Source of the DNA: Candidatus Eiseniibacteriota bacterium
Lineage (GTDB): Bacteria > Eisenbacteria > RBG-16-71-46
DNA: 26,608 nucleotides
NCBI GenBank assembly: GCA_031366795.1
Contig: JANLOX010000200.1
Span: 1 to 26,608 of the forward strand
Direction of reading: 5' to 3'
Shown here piece after piece: positions 10,007-19,200 of this stretch (position 1 is the stretch's first letter; each line of letters begins with the position of its first letter). The notes under the pieces were generated by a model, which worked only from the letters and a program-made list of their open reading frames with translations, ran no database searches and was not told the DNA's origin. Position numbers and translations under genes: made by a program.

Positions 10007-12802
10007 ATGACCCGACGGCTGGTCCTGCTGCTCGTCGCGCTGCTCGCGCTCCCGCTCACGGGATGCGCGAGCAGCCCGTCTTTGCACTACCAGGTCGACT
10101 TCGCGCACGCCGACTCGAGCGGCGTTCCGGTGACGGTCGAGATCCAGGGCGTGCCGCGCGATTCGCTGGTGCTCGAGGGCTATCTCGAGTCGCCGCTGAT
10201 GAGCGTGCGTAATGCGCAACGCATCGGCCCGAATGGTGCGGCGACGGACATTGCGGTGGGCCTGCGCAATGCGGCGAGCGGCGATGGCGCTTCCGACTTC
10301 CCGGTGATCCGTCTCATGGGACCGTTGCCTTCGCACGTGACGCTGCGCTATCGCGCCGTGCTGGGAACTCGCGAGGGCAACGATCACACGGGATTCACGG
10401 GTCGGCGTGCCGGCTACGTAAGTGAGCAATTCGCGCTGGCCGGCGGACGGTCATTGTTCCTGGTGCCCTCACCGGCCGGGCGCATGCGCGCGATCGAGGT
10501 GCGCTTCGACCTGCCCGCGGGCTGGAACGCGCTCGTGCCGTGGGAGCACTCGGGCGATGCGTGGCGCGTAGGCGTCGCGGGCAGCGCTCCCGTCGAGGAC
10601 CTGTTGTGGTCGGCGCTGGGATTCGGCGTGTTCGATGAGCAGCGCGTCGAGCTGCACGGCACCGCCTTCCGCTTCTGCGTCGAACACAGCGTCGCTACCG
10701 CCGACCGCGATTCCGCGCGGCGCGTGTATGAAGCGATCGCGCGGCGCACGAGCGACACATTTGGGCGCGGGCTCGGCAAGGAGTTCACGGTGCTCGTCGC
10801 GCCCGCGCTGTCCGATGGTGACGAGATCATCCCCGAGGGCTGGGCGCGCGGCGTGGGCGCCACGCTGACGCCCGTGACCACGCAGCGGGCGAGACAGGTG
10901 GCCGAGGGCGTCATCGATGCCTACCTCGCGCAGGATCCCTACAAGACCACGGTGCGCGAGCCGAAGGAACGCTGGCTCATCCATGGCGCGAGCAAACTGC
11001 TGCCGTGGCGCGCCCTCGAAGCGGCGGGACTCGCGCGGCGCGAGGACGTCGACCGCTCGTTCGCGGCGGATCTCGCCGGGCAACTCGAGAACAATGACGC
11101 GGCTGATCTCGAGTGGAACCTCGAACAACTCCCGAGTAGTGATCTCGAGACGACCCTCGCGCGCGAATCGTTGGCGCCGCTGGCGCTGTTGCGCATCGAT
11201 GATACGGCGCGCGCGGTGTCCGGCGGGCACGACTCGCTCGACTCCGTGCTGCGCCGCGTGTTCGCCGGAAAAGTAGCGCAATCGGTGTGGAGCGCCGTGC
11301 CGAGCCCAAAGGACCCTCGCTGGGCGCAACTGCGCGCGCGCTACGTGCGCGGCGAAGGACTGCGCGAGAAACTGGCGGGCGATCCGCTGTTCGCGATGGC
11401 GATGCCGACGGACGCGCCTGTGCCCGCAGCCGGGGCGGTGACGCACCGGCTGACGCTCGCCATCACCGGCAACACATACTGCTATCTCGAGAACTGCGGC
11501 TGCAAGGTGAACCAGGCCGGCGGCGTCGCGCGGCGCGCCACGGTGATCAAGCGCCTGCGCGCGAAGGGGCCCGTGCTGGCGTTGGACGCCGGCAACGCGC
11601 TGATCCGCGCAGAACACTTCCCGCTGCCCGACGCGCTCGCGCATGGTGAAGAGTTGGCCTACCTGCGCGCCATGGCGGCAATGGGTTACCCCTTCGCGGT
11701 CGTGGGGCCGGCCGAGCTGGGCTACGGATTGCAGCGGTTCCGCGAAGTCGCCGCGACGAAGTCGCTGCCGTTCCTGATCGCCAATGCACGCGACTCGGGC
11801 GGCGCGCTCGCAGAGGGTTGGCGCATCACGCAGGCAGGCGGCGTGCGCGTCGGCGTGATCGCGCTGATGGAGCCGGGCCGCGGACCATGGGCCAACGATG
11901 TGCTCGAACGCCGTCTCGGCGTCACGGTCGCCTTCGAGGACCCGCTCGCAACGCTCCAGCGCGTGATGCCCGAGGTGCGCGCCCAGGCGGATGTGGTCAT
12001 CGCGATGGGCCATCTCAGTCCGCCGACGATCCGCCGGCTCATCGCCGCGGTGCCGGATCTCGATGTCGTGATTTCCACTGATGATGCCGCCGGTGTGCGT
12101 GTCGTGGATGACCACCGTGAATCGATCGTGAGCGGCGATGCGCCGGGCTTCCATGGCCGGGCACTGGTCCTCCACGCGAATCAGTCGAGCTACGGCGTCA
12201 ATGGCGCGACGCTGGGCCTCGATGCGAAGCAGCGCGTGGCGTCGGTGGACCTGTTTGCGACGTGGCTGGGCGATTCGATCCCGGACGATCCATCAGTGCG
12301 CGGCGAGCTCACGCGGTTCTACGACACCATCGGCCGCACGCAGGCCGCGCAGGCGAGCGTGCCGCCGCTGTTCGCCACGGACCCGGCGTGGAAGACGGGT
12401 GGCCTCGCGGGTGCAGCGCGTTGCGCGACGTGCCATGCGAGCGAACATGCGCAGTGGAAGGAAACGCCGCATGCCAACGCTTGGAAGACGCTGCTCGATG
12501 TGCATCGCAACTACCAGCCGCGTTGCGTCGTCTGCCACAGCGTTGGATTCGGCAGGCCGCAGGGCTACGCGCTCGGCGCAGCGGATTTGAAGCTTGTGGG
12601 CGTGCAGTGTGAAACCTGCCACGGTCCGGGCGCCGCACACGCCGCTGCTCCCTCGAAGACCAACATCCGCCGCGCGGTACCGGCGCAGGTCTGCCTCGAG
12701 TGCCACAACCCGGATCATTCGGATCACTTCGTCTATGACGAGCGCTTGCCGCGTGTGATGCACGAGCAGATCAAGACGATCAACGCCGCGGGCGGCGAAT
12801 AG
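10007..12802 (+). CDS. 931-aa lipoprotein: M61-peptidase-like domain (Zn ligands absent) + UshA/5'-nucleotidase-like domain with CGC motif + C-terminal tetraheme cytochrome c
   Basis: Lipobox LTGC. GNTYCYLENCGC..GGVARRA and LDAGN motifs. Four CxxCH motifs (CATCH, CVVCH, CETCH, CLECH) with W..T.HA.A and VQCE.CHGPG..H, typical of c554-like multiheme domains. Confidence 0.8.
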   Translation: MTRRLVLLLVALLALPLTGCASSPSLHYQVDFAHADSSGVPVTVEIQGVPRDSLVLEGYLESPLMSVRNAQRIGPNGAATDIAVGLRNAASGDGASDFPVIRLMGPLPSHVTLRYRAVLGTREGNDHTGFTGRRAGYVSEQFALAGGRSLFLVPSPAGRMRAIEVRFDLPAGWNALVPWEHSGDAWRVGVAGSAPVEDLLWSALGFGVFDEQRVELHGTAFRFCVEHSVATADRDSARRVYEAIARRTSDTFGRGLGKEFTVLVAPALSDGDEIIPEGWARGVGATLTPVTTQRARQVAEGVIDAYLAQDPYKTTVREPKERWLIHGASKLLPWRALEAAGLARREDVDRSFAADLAGQLENNDAADLEWNLEQLPSSDLETTLARESLAPLALLRIDDTARAVSGGHDSLDSVLRRVFAGKVAQSVWSAVPSPKDPRWAQLRARYVRGEGLREKLAGDPLFAMAMPTDAPVPAAGAVTHRLTLAITGNTYCYLENCGCKVNQAGGVARRATVIKRLRAKGPVLALDAGNALIRAEHFPLPDALAHGEELAYLRAMAAMGYPFAVVGPAELGYGLQRFREVAATKSLPFLIANARDSGGALAEGWRITQAGGVRVGVIALMEPGRGPWANDVLERRLGVTVAFEDPLATLQRVMPEVRAQADVVIAMGHLSPPTIRRLIAAVPDLDVVISTDDAAGVRVVDDHRESIVSGDAPGFHGRALVLHANQSSYGVNGATLGLDAKQRVASVDLFATWLGDSIPDDPSVRGELTRFYDTIGRTQAAQASVPPLFATDPAWKTGGLAGAARCATCHASEHAQWKETPHANAWKTLLDVHRNYQPRCVVCHSVGFGRPQGYALGAADLKLVGVQCETCHGPGAAHAAAPSKTNIRRAVPAQVCLECHNPDHSDHFVYDERLPRVMHEQIKTINAAGGE

Positions 12803-12896
12803 CGGCTCAGGTGTTGAGGGTGGTCATGGGGCCCGCGCGGTGCGCTTGCGCGAGAGGCCTTGCAGTGGCGGGCCCCCGATGTCGTGCAGTGCTGCG

Positions 12897-13565
12897 TTAG
12901 CTGCTGACCACGATTTGCCGGACGGACGAGCTGCCACCAGTGCGCAGGGTCACCAGGTAGATCCCCGGATTCACGCGGTGGCCTGAGTCATCGCGCAGGT
13001 CCCACACCGTGTCCCCGCGTCCTGCCTGATGACTGCTGTTCGCGAGAACCCGCATCCGCCGCCCGCTGATGTCGAAGGCCTGGATGTTGATCGGGCCATC
13101 GACGGGCAGTGTGTAAGCGAAATGCGCCGAGTGGGATGCTGGGTTTGGCCACGGCGGTTCGAACGAGAACGTGCAGGCCACATCCTCCACGCCCAATCGT
13201 GAGGGTGCGTGCAGGAAGACGTTGGAGAGATGCGACCAGTTCGACGCGTCATCCATGGTCTTGAGCGCGAAGTAGTAGATGACCCCAGGCGTGAGTCCTG
13301 TGACCGTAAACGAATCGCGGACGCCGGCTGCCTTGGGGGCCTGAAGTCCCTTCACGACGGTCGCGGTCGCGAATGTCACCGCAGTCATGGGGAAGGTGGA
13401 ATACCTCAAGTCGTAGCGCGTGGCGCGTCCGAGGATGCCGTCGTCTCCGGGGGTCGTCCATCTCAGGGTGAGCGAGGGAGTCGCGCTCGCGGCAATCGTC
13501 GGATGGGCGGCGTTGATCAGCAGGGCGAGGATGGGCAGCAGGACGAGTCCGCGAATGAATCGCAA
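12897..13565 (-). CDS. Secreted fibronectin type III protein with FlgD-Ig/T9SS-A-like C-terminal domain
   Basis: TTG start behind GGAGG; hydrophobic signal; FN3 LTLRWTTPGDDG...YDLRYS...GLTPGVIYYFALKT.D...NWS..SN; CTD PNP...FDISGRRMR...WDLRD..G..V.PGIYLV. Confidence 0.8.
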   Translation of the reverse strand: MRFIRGLVLLPILALLINAAHPTIAASATPSLTLRWTTPGDDGILGRATRYDLRYSTFPMTAVTFATATVVKGLQAPKAAGVRDSFTVTGLTPGVIYYFALKTMDDASNWSHLSNVFLHAPSRLGVEDVACTFSFEPPWPNPASHSAHFAYTLPVDGPINIQAFDISGRRMRVLANSSHQAGRGDTVWDLRDDSGHRVNPGIYLVTLRTGGSSSVRQIVVSS

Positions 13566-13843
13566 TTGTTCCTCCGTGCCTTGCGTGCGCAGGGCAGCCT
13601 TCGAGCCGGCGGGTGCAGCAGCGATCGAAAGGTCACGAACCGGTTTCCATCTGGAAGCCCGAACGTGACGAACGTTGGCCCGTGAGGGACGGACCTGCCT
13701 CACCTGTGCAAGCGAATCAACGGAAGGCCGCAGAGGCCTGCTTGCCCGGAGGAGTGAGGCAGCGGGTTCTGATGCATGCGCAGCGCCAGGGGACCACTGA
13801 ATCGAAGACTTCGCTGTAAGTCAGTGCGGGGACGCGTCACAAT

Positions 13844-13862
13844 GAAGCCCGTGACGGGCTTC
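13844..13862. promoter_or_regulatory. Perfect 9-1-9 palindrome in a divergent intergenic region
   Basis: GAAGCCCGT-G-ACGGGCTTC. Confidence 0.3.
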
Positions 13863-13945
13863 GGACGCAGTTGCATCAGCTATTCATGCGGATGTGAGGC
13901 GAGTGCGCCTCGCCAGGTGGTTACACGCGATCAGAGAGAGCACAG

Positions 13946-14506
13946 ATGGGAATGTCGAACGAAGCGGAATCGATCCCCGCGATGGCACATCGCGCGACCA
14001 CGGATGGATGGCTCCGCATGCATCGGCGCGCGCTCCACGGCCTGAGGGCTCTCTCGCTCGCGAGCCTGCTTGTGACCTGCGGCTGCGGCCTGCTGTTCCA
14101 CCGCGATCTCCCGCGTCAGATGGTGGGCTACAAACAGACGCTCGTCCTGCGCGATGCCGGCGGGCTCGCGGAAGTGCAGCGACTCACCGAGCGCAGCATC
14201 GCTGTGCGATCGGGAGGGTTCGCAGTCTACGGCGGCGGTGCGGTGTCGGTGTGGGCGGCGAGCGCGCAGGATACCGCGGCGGCGCGCCAATGGGTCGACG
14301 ACGTCTCGGCCCGCATCGCGGCCGGGGACTCGCCATTCCACGCGGACTCAGTGTCTATTATCGGAGGCAGGGAAGTGCGCATGTTCTCCGGGATCGGGCA
14401 GCGCCACTTCTGGTTTCGAGCGGGGCGACACGTGGTCTGGTTGGCTTCCAACGCCGGCCACGCCACCGAAGCGCTGGACGAAGCGCTGAAGTTCTATCGT
14501 GAGTGA
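13946..14506 (+). CDS. Hypothetical exported/lipoprotein (start uncertain, possibly ~14018)
   Basis: Hydrophobic segment LSLASLLVTCGCG followed by a globular alpha/beta region; fills the gap between neighbouring genes. Confidence 0.6.
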   Translation: MGMSNEAESIPAMAHRATTDGWLRMHRRALHGLRALSLASLLVTCGCGLLFHRDLPRQMVGYKQTLVLRDAGGLAEVQRLTERSIAVRSGGFAVYGGGAVSVWAASAQDTAAARQWVDDVSARIAAGDSPFHADSVSIIGGREVRMFSGIGQRHFWFRAGRHVVWLASNAGHATEALDEALKFYRE

Positions 14507-14614
14507 GCGCCGGAGTTTTCCGCGACCAAACATGCGGTTCAAACAATCGCACCGCAATTATTAAGAAGCGGAGTCCACGAGCACCGCAAACGCCATAACT
14601 CGTTGCGGAACGCA

Positions 14615-14629
14615 TGGCATAACGCGTGC
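14615..14629 (+). promoter_or_regulatory. Possible sigma54 -24/-12 promoter
   Basis: TGGCAT-AACGC-GTGC matches TGGCAC-N5-TTGC spacing. An IHF-like CAA-N4-TTA lies on the minus strand just upstream. Confidence 0.3.
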
Positions 14630-14642
14630 GCTGCAATGAGGC

Positions 14643-15953
14643 ATGCGATTCTTGCCTCGGTCCATTGCGCTCGTCTTGATCATTGCCGCCGCTGCGCCCG
14701 CCGTCGCCACCACTGGTTTCGCGCACGCTCCTGACACCCGCAACACAACAGTCGGCGCGACGGCGGCGCCCACGATCAACGTCTACTGTTCTAGCTCGCC
14801 GTTGGGGTCTGCCCTCTCCGTGACCGTTTCGGCCAGCGATGGCAGCCAGAGCCAGGCGGTGCCGGTGGAGCTGCTTCGCTCCAGCAACACCACCCTGAAC
14901 TTCGCGCGCCTCGCGTTTACGGGAACGATCAAGGTCACCGTCGGGGTCCCCAACGCCACGAACTACTCAATGAGTCCGCGCCGCTGCGCTATCGCGACCC
15001 AGGTGAATACGAGCGCCCAGACCCCTACATTCACGCTCTCCAATGACGGCGCAAGTCCCTGCTACCTGAGCTACGGCCAGAGCATCCGACTGATCGTGCA
15101 CGACTACTACGGCAGCGGGCCTAAGCTGTTTCTGTTCTTCGACCGGCAGATGGACATGCCGGTGCGCGACGGCGTCACGGTGTTCGATGCCACGCAGGAT
15201 TTCGGGATCACCCCCGGCGCCTCCAACTGCTCGCTCGAGGACGTGACGCTCACGGGAACAGGCGCGTGGAGCGTGTACATCCACGACTCCTTCGACATCA
15301 TCGGAGCCAACTACAAGATCATCAACGAGCTCACGGCGAACAGCGATGGCACCGATCCCGACCACTCGCGACGAGTAACGCTCTCGGGCGTGTTCGCTCA
15401 CACCAACGTCGACGCGTTCGCGGTCAAGACCACGCCGGGGTGCCCGGCGGCCTCCGATTCCGTGACGGTCACCAACGCCGTGATCTGGACACAGAAGTCG
15501 GGGCTCAAGGTCGGCAGCGAAGTGACGCAGGCGATTCGTCACATCCGCTTCGCCGACAACCAGATCGTCGTGGCGGATCGCGGAATGTCCGTTTACGGAA
15601 ACGGCAATGGTGTCGCTGGCGGCTCGGTCGACGGAGTGGTGTTCGCCAACAACACGATCGAGAAGATCCAGAACCTCACGCAGGGGAAGCTGGTCGAATT
15701 CCAGGTCCAGTACTTTGCCAACGCGGCCCCGTACGCCTCCGTCCGCAACCTGAACGTGAGCGACACTTTCTGCTACTCGACTTCACCCAATGTCTCGACG
15801 GTCTCCGGGGTCAGCGGGATGGCGATGACGAACGTCGCCTTCGAGCGGTTCCGCATCGATGACGCGAATCAAGCGGTCAGCAGCGTGCAGGGAAAAGTAA
15901 GCCGGTGCTTCGCGGTGGGCTCCAACGCCTTGAACGTCACGTTCACTAGATGA
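14643..15953 (+). CDS. Secreted GH28-like/pectin-lyase-fold beta-helix protein, probably degenerate
   Basis: Signal peptide; WSVYI...NYKIIN...NSDGTDPD.S..V.....F....VDAFAVK...LKVGSE beta-helix motifs; the DD motif appears as VD. Confidence 0.65.
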   Translation: MRFLPRSIALVLIIAAAAPAVATTGFAHAPDTRNTTVGATAAPTINVYCSSSPLGSALSVTVSASDGSQSQAVPVELLRSSNTTLNFARLAFTGTIKVTVGVPNATNYSMSPRRCAIATQVNTSAQTPTFTLSNDGASPCYLSYGQSIRLIVHDYYGSGPKLFLFFDRQMDMPVRDGVTVFDATQDFGITPGASNCSLEDVTLTGTGAWSVYIHDSFDIIGANYKIINELTANSDGTDPDHSRRVTLSGVFAHTNVDAFAVKTTPGCPAASDSVTVTNAVIWTQKSGLKVGSEVTQAIRHIRFADNQIVVADRGMSVYGNGNGVAGGSVDGVVFANNTIEKIQNLTQGKLVEFQVQYFANAAPYASVRNLNVSDTFCYSTSPNVSTVSGVSGMAMTNVAFERFRIDDANQAVSSVQGKVSRCFAVGSNALNVTFTR

Positions 15954-16104
15954 CGTTCAGCCCTTGGCGGTGGGCGGGACTCACGCCCCGGGCCGCTATC
16001 GCGTGAACTGGGCGGGTGGGGCCACAGCTGCCCCGGGCGTGTACTTCGTGCAGCTCCGGGGGGGCACGCATACTGCGGTTCGGCGGCTGGTGATCGAGAA
16101 ATAG
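15952..16104 (+). pseudogene. Out-of-frame remnant of a FlgD-Ig/T9SS-A-like C-terminal domain
   Basis: Translates as DVQPLAVGGTHAPGRYRVNWAGGATAAPGVYFVQLRGGTHTAVRRLVIEK*. It is in a different frame from the upstream gene, with an in-frame stop at 15931 and no RBS-supported start. Confidence 0.75.
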
Positions 16105-16289
16105 TCGCGCGACGGGCAACTTTGCGTTAGAGCGCCCCGCGCGGCGCGTAGTACGCTTGAAAGGTCACCGATCGTGCCGTGGGGCCGTTCCCCCGGCGCG
16201 TCTGGTGCCTTCCATCCGTCGATCCCGAATTACCCACCGCGGCAGCCCGGTATTAGCCTCGCCCCAAGGGGTGCTCGCGCAGGAGTCCC

Positions 16290-19200
16290 ATGCGTCTGAC
16301 CTCCCCTCGATTCCGCATGCCAGCCGGCTTCATCGGCGCATTGGCCCTTCTGTTGTTTGGCATCGTCATCGCGAGCGCGGGGCAGTCGTCCGCCGCAACC
16401 GATCCTGTGAACAGCGCCTGGAGCGCTCCGCTGGGCTCCGAGCCATGCGCGGCCGAGGACCTGCTGCAGCGCCAACTGGACGCGGATGCGGCTTTGCGCG
16501 CCAGGGCGGAGCTGTTTGAGCAGTTGGCGCAGCAAGCTGAACGGCAGGGGTTGTTCAAGCAGCCCAAGGGCCGTGCGGGCGCCCAGGTCGCACCACCCAC
16601 TTATGTCATCCCGGTCGTCGTCCACATTGTTCACCAGGGCGGCGCCGAAAACATTTCCGACTTGCAGGTGAAGAGCCAGATCTACGCGTTGAACCGCGAT
16701 TTCGCGAACCAGCTGAGCTACGGCTCGCCCGCGGTGAACACCACCATCCAGTTCTGCCTCGCGACGCAGCTGCCGCCGGGTAGTCCGGTCGTGTGGTCCA
16801 CCACGCCGGGTATCACGCGCGACAACTCGCCCGAGACAAACCACACCTACGGCAGCCTGGTGAGTGAGAACGCGCTCAAGGCAATATCGTATTTACCCGC
16901 GGCGAACTACCTCAACATCTGGGTGGTCAAGACGATCGCGGGCGGAGGTGGTGGGGTCGCGGGATACGGCACGTTTCCCGGCATGTCGCCGCCCACGCGC
17001 GATGGCATCGTTATGCGCTACGACTGCTTTGGCAGCAACTCGACGCCGTACGGCGGCCCCTACACGCTGTTGCCGGGCAACGCCGACGGAAAGATCCTCG
17101 CGCACGAAGCAGGCCACTACTTGAACCTGCTGCACACCTTTCACAATGGCTGCTCGGCTCCCGGGGACCAGGTCTCCGACACGCCGCCCGAGCAAGTGAA
17201 CCGCACCGGCTGTCCTTCGCCGGTCCCCAGCAGCTGCACGGCCGCGCTCGATCCGGTCGAAAACTTCATGGACTACACGAACGACGCCTGCCGCTTCGCT
17301 TTCACCATGGGGCAGACGAGCCGCATGATCACGGCGATCGCGACCTACCGCTCGGTGCTGGTGAGCGCGAGCAACCTCGCGGCCGCTGGCTGCTCGAGCG
17401 GGCTCAACGCGCTGATCATCGCGACGCCCAGCCAATTGTGCGCGGGCGGGACGGTGGCGTTCAGCACCACCGCCAGCGGCGGCGGCTACACCTACGCGTG
17501 GTCATTCCCCGGCGGCACGCCTTCGAGCGCCAACACCCAGGCCGCGAACGTCGCCTACGCGAGCCCGGGGCCGCAGGTCGCGACGCTGACGGTGACCGAT
17601 GGCGGATCGAATTTCAGCACGAACACCACGACGATCTACGTCAACGCCTGCACGCCGATCCAGAACGCCTGCACGAACTGGGTGTTCGGCTATGGCTGCG
17701 CGCTGAGCTTCGCGACCGGCGTGCCGGTGCCGGTGAGCGGGCGGTTGAACGTCTCTGCCGAACCCGCTGCGATGATCTCGGACGCCTCGGGCAACCTGCT
17801 GTGCTACAGCGATGGACTCGTGGTCTACACCGCGACGAACACGGTCATGCCGAACAGCAACGGTCTGCTGGCGGGCTACAGCTCGCACAACGGCGCCATC
17901 TTCGTGCCGCGGCCGGGCTCCGCCACCCAGTACTTCCTGTTCACGGTGCGGCAGTGGGAGGACGGGCCGACTTCGAACCCGGTCAACTACAGCGTCATCG
18001 ACATGACCCTGAACGCGGGGGCGGGCGACATTCCCTCGGGGCAGAAGAACATTCCCGTCGTGTTGCCCGGCAACCCGACGACCATGGTCGAGGGTCAGGC
18101 GCTGATCCCGCACTGCAATGGCACCGATTGGTGGTACATCCTCAATGGTGACGGCACGGCTTCGGGCAAGATCTTCGTGACGCTCGTCACTTCGGCGGGA
18201 CCCGTCTCGACCACGGTCTACAACATTGGCATGACCATGGCGGGAGTTCCCGCCGGTGCCATCACGCCGACGCCCGATGGTACGCGCATCGCCATGGCGA
18301 ATCTTTCGAGCAAGCAGATCGCGGCCTACAACTTCGATCGCGCGACGGGTGTGCCCACCACGCTGCTGGCGCCGATGGCCGTCAACGCCTGGGCCGACGT
18401 GGCGCTGAGCCCCAACGGCAAGCTCATTTACTACAGCTTCGATGACGGCACCACAATCGGCGTGCGCCAGATGGAGATCGCTACGCTGCAAGTACGCGAC
18501 GTTCTGTTGAACCAGCGCTGCGGCATCAAGCCGGGGCCCGACAGCAAGATCTACCTGGGCTCGGGCGGCTCGCCGACGATTCATTGCATCAACTATCCCA
18601 ACATCTTTAACACGCTCAACCTGAACGAGTGCGGGCTCAACGAAAACAGCGTCGCCATGCCGCCCACCGCCACGGACGCCGTCTTCGGCGCGCTGCCGAA
18701 CATGGTGCTCCAGTGCACCGGCGCCACCATGCCGGCCCAGTTCACCTACACCGTGACGAATTGCACCACGGTGACGTTCCACGCGGTCAATTGCGCCGGG
18801 CCCTATCAGTGGAACTTCGGCGATTTCAACACCGCGGGCGGTCAGAACGTCTCGCACATCTATGGCGCGCCGGGCGTCTATACCGTGACCTGCACCATCA
18901 CGGGAGCGAGTCCGTCGGTGGCGACGCAGGTGCTGACGTTGCAGATGTCTCCCGTTTCGATTGCCGGCTCCAACACGGCGTGCGGCAACCCCAGCAACTA
19001 TTCCGCGATCGGCCCTGTGAACTACAACTATTCATGGACGGTCGTCGGTGGCCCGCCCGCGACGGGCACAGGCAACAATATCGACGTCACCTGGGGCGCG
19101 GGTGGCGGCACGGTCACGCTGGTGGCGACCGATCCCGCGACAGGCTGCACCGTGACGGCGGTCAAGAACGTGGGCCCTTGCCCTGTGTGCACGCCCGCAC

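Noticed and set aside
11480..11503. Selenocysteine in the UshA-like CGC motif
   Set aside because: All codons are TGC; there is no in-frame TGA.
13566..13945. c-di-AMP (ydaO) or c-di-GMP riboswitch in the divergent intergenic region
   Set aside because: Only short scattered resemblances; the conserved motif order could not be built by eye.
15951..15953. TGA read-through joining the GH28-like gene to its CTD
   Set aside because: The CTD remnant is in a different frame, so read-through would not join them; no obvious slippery site.
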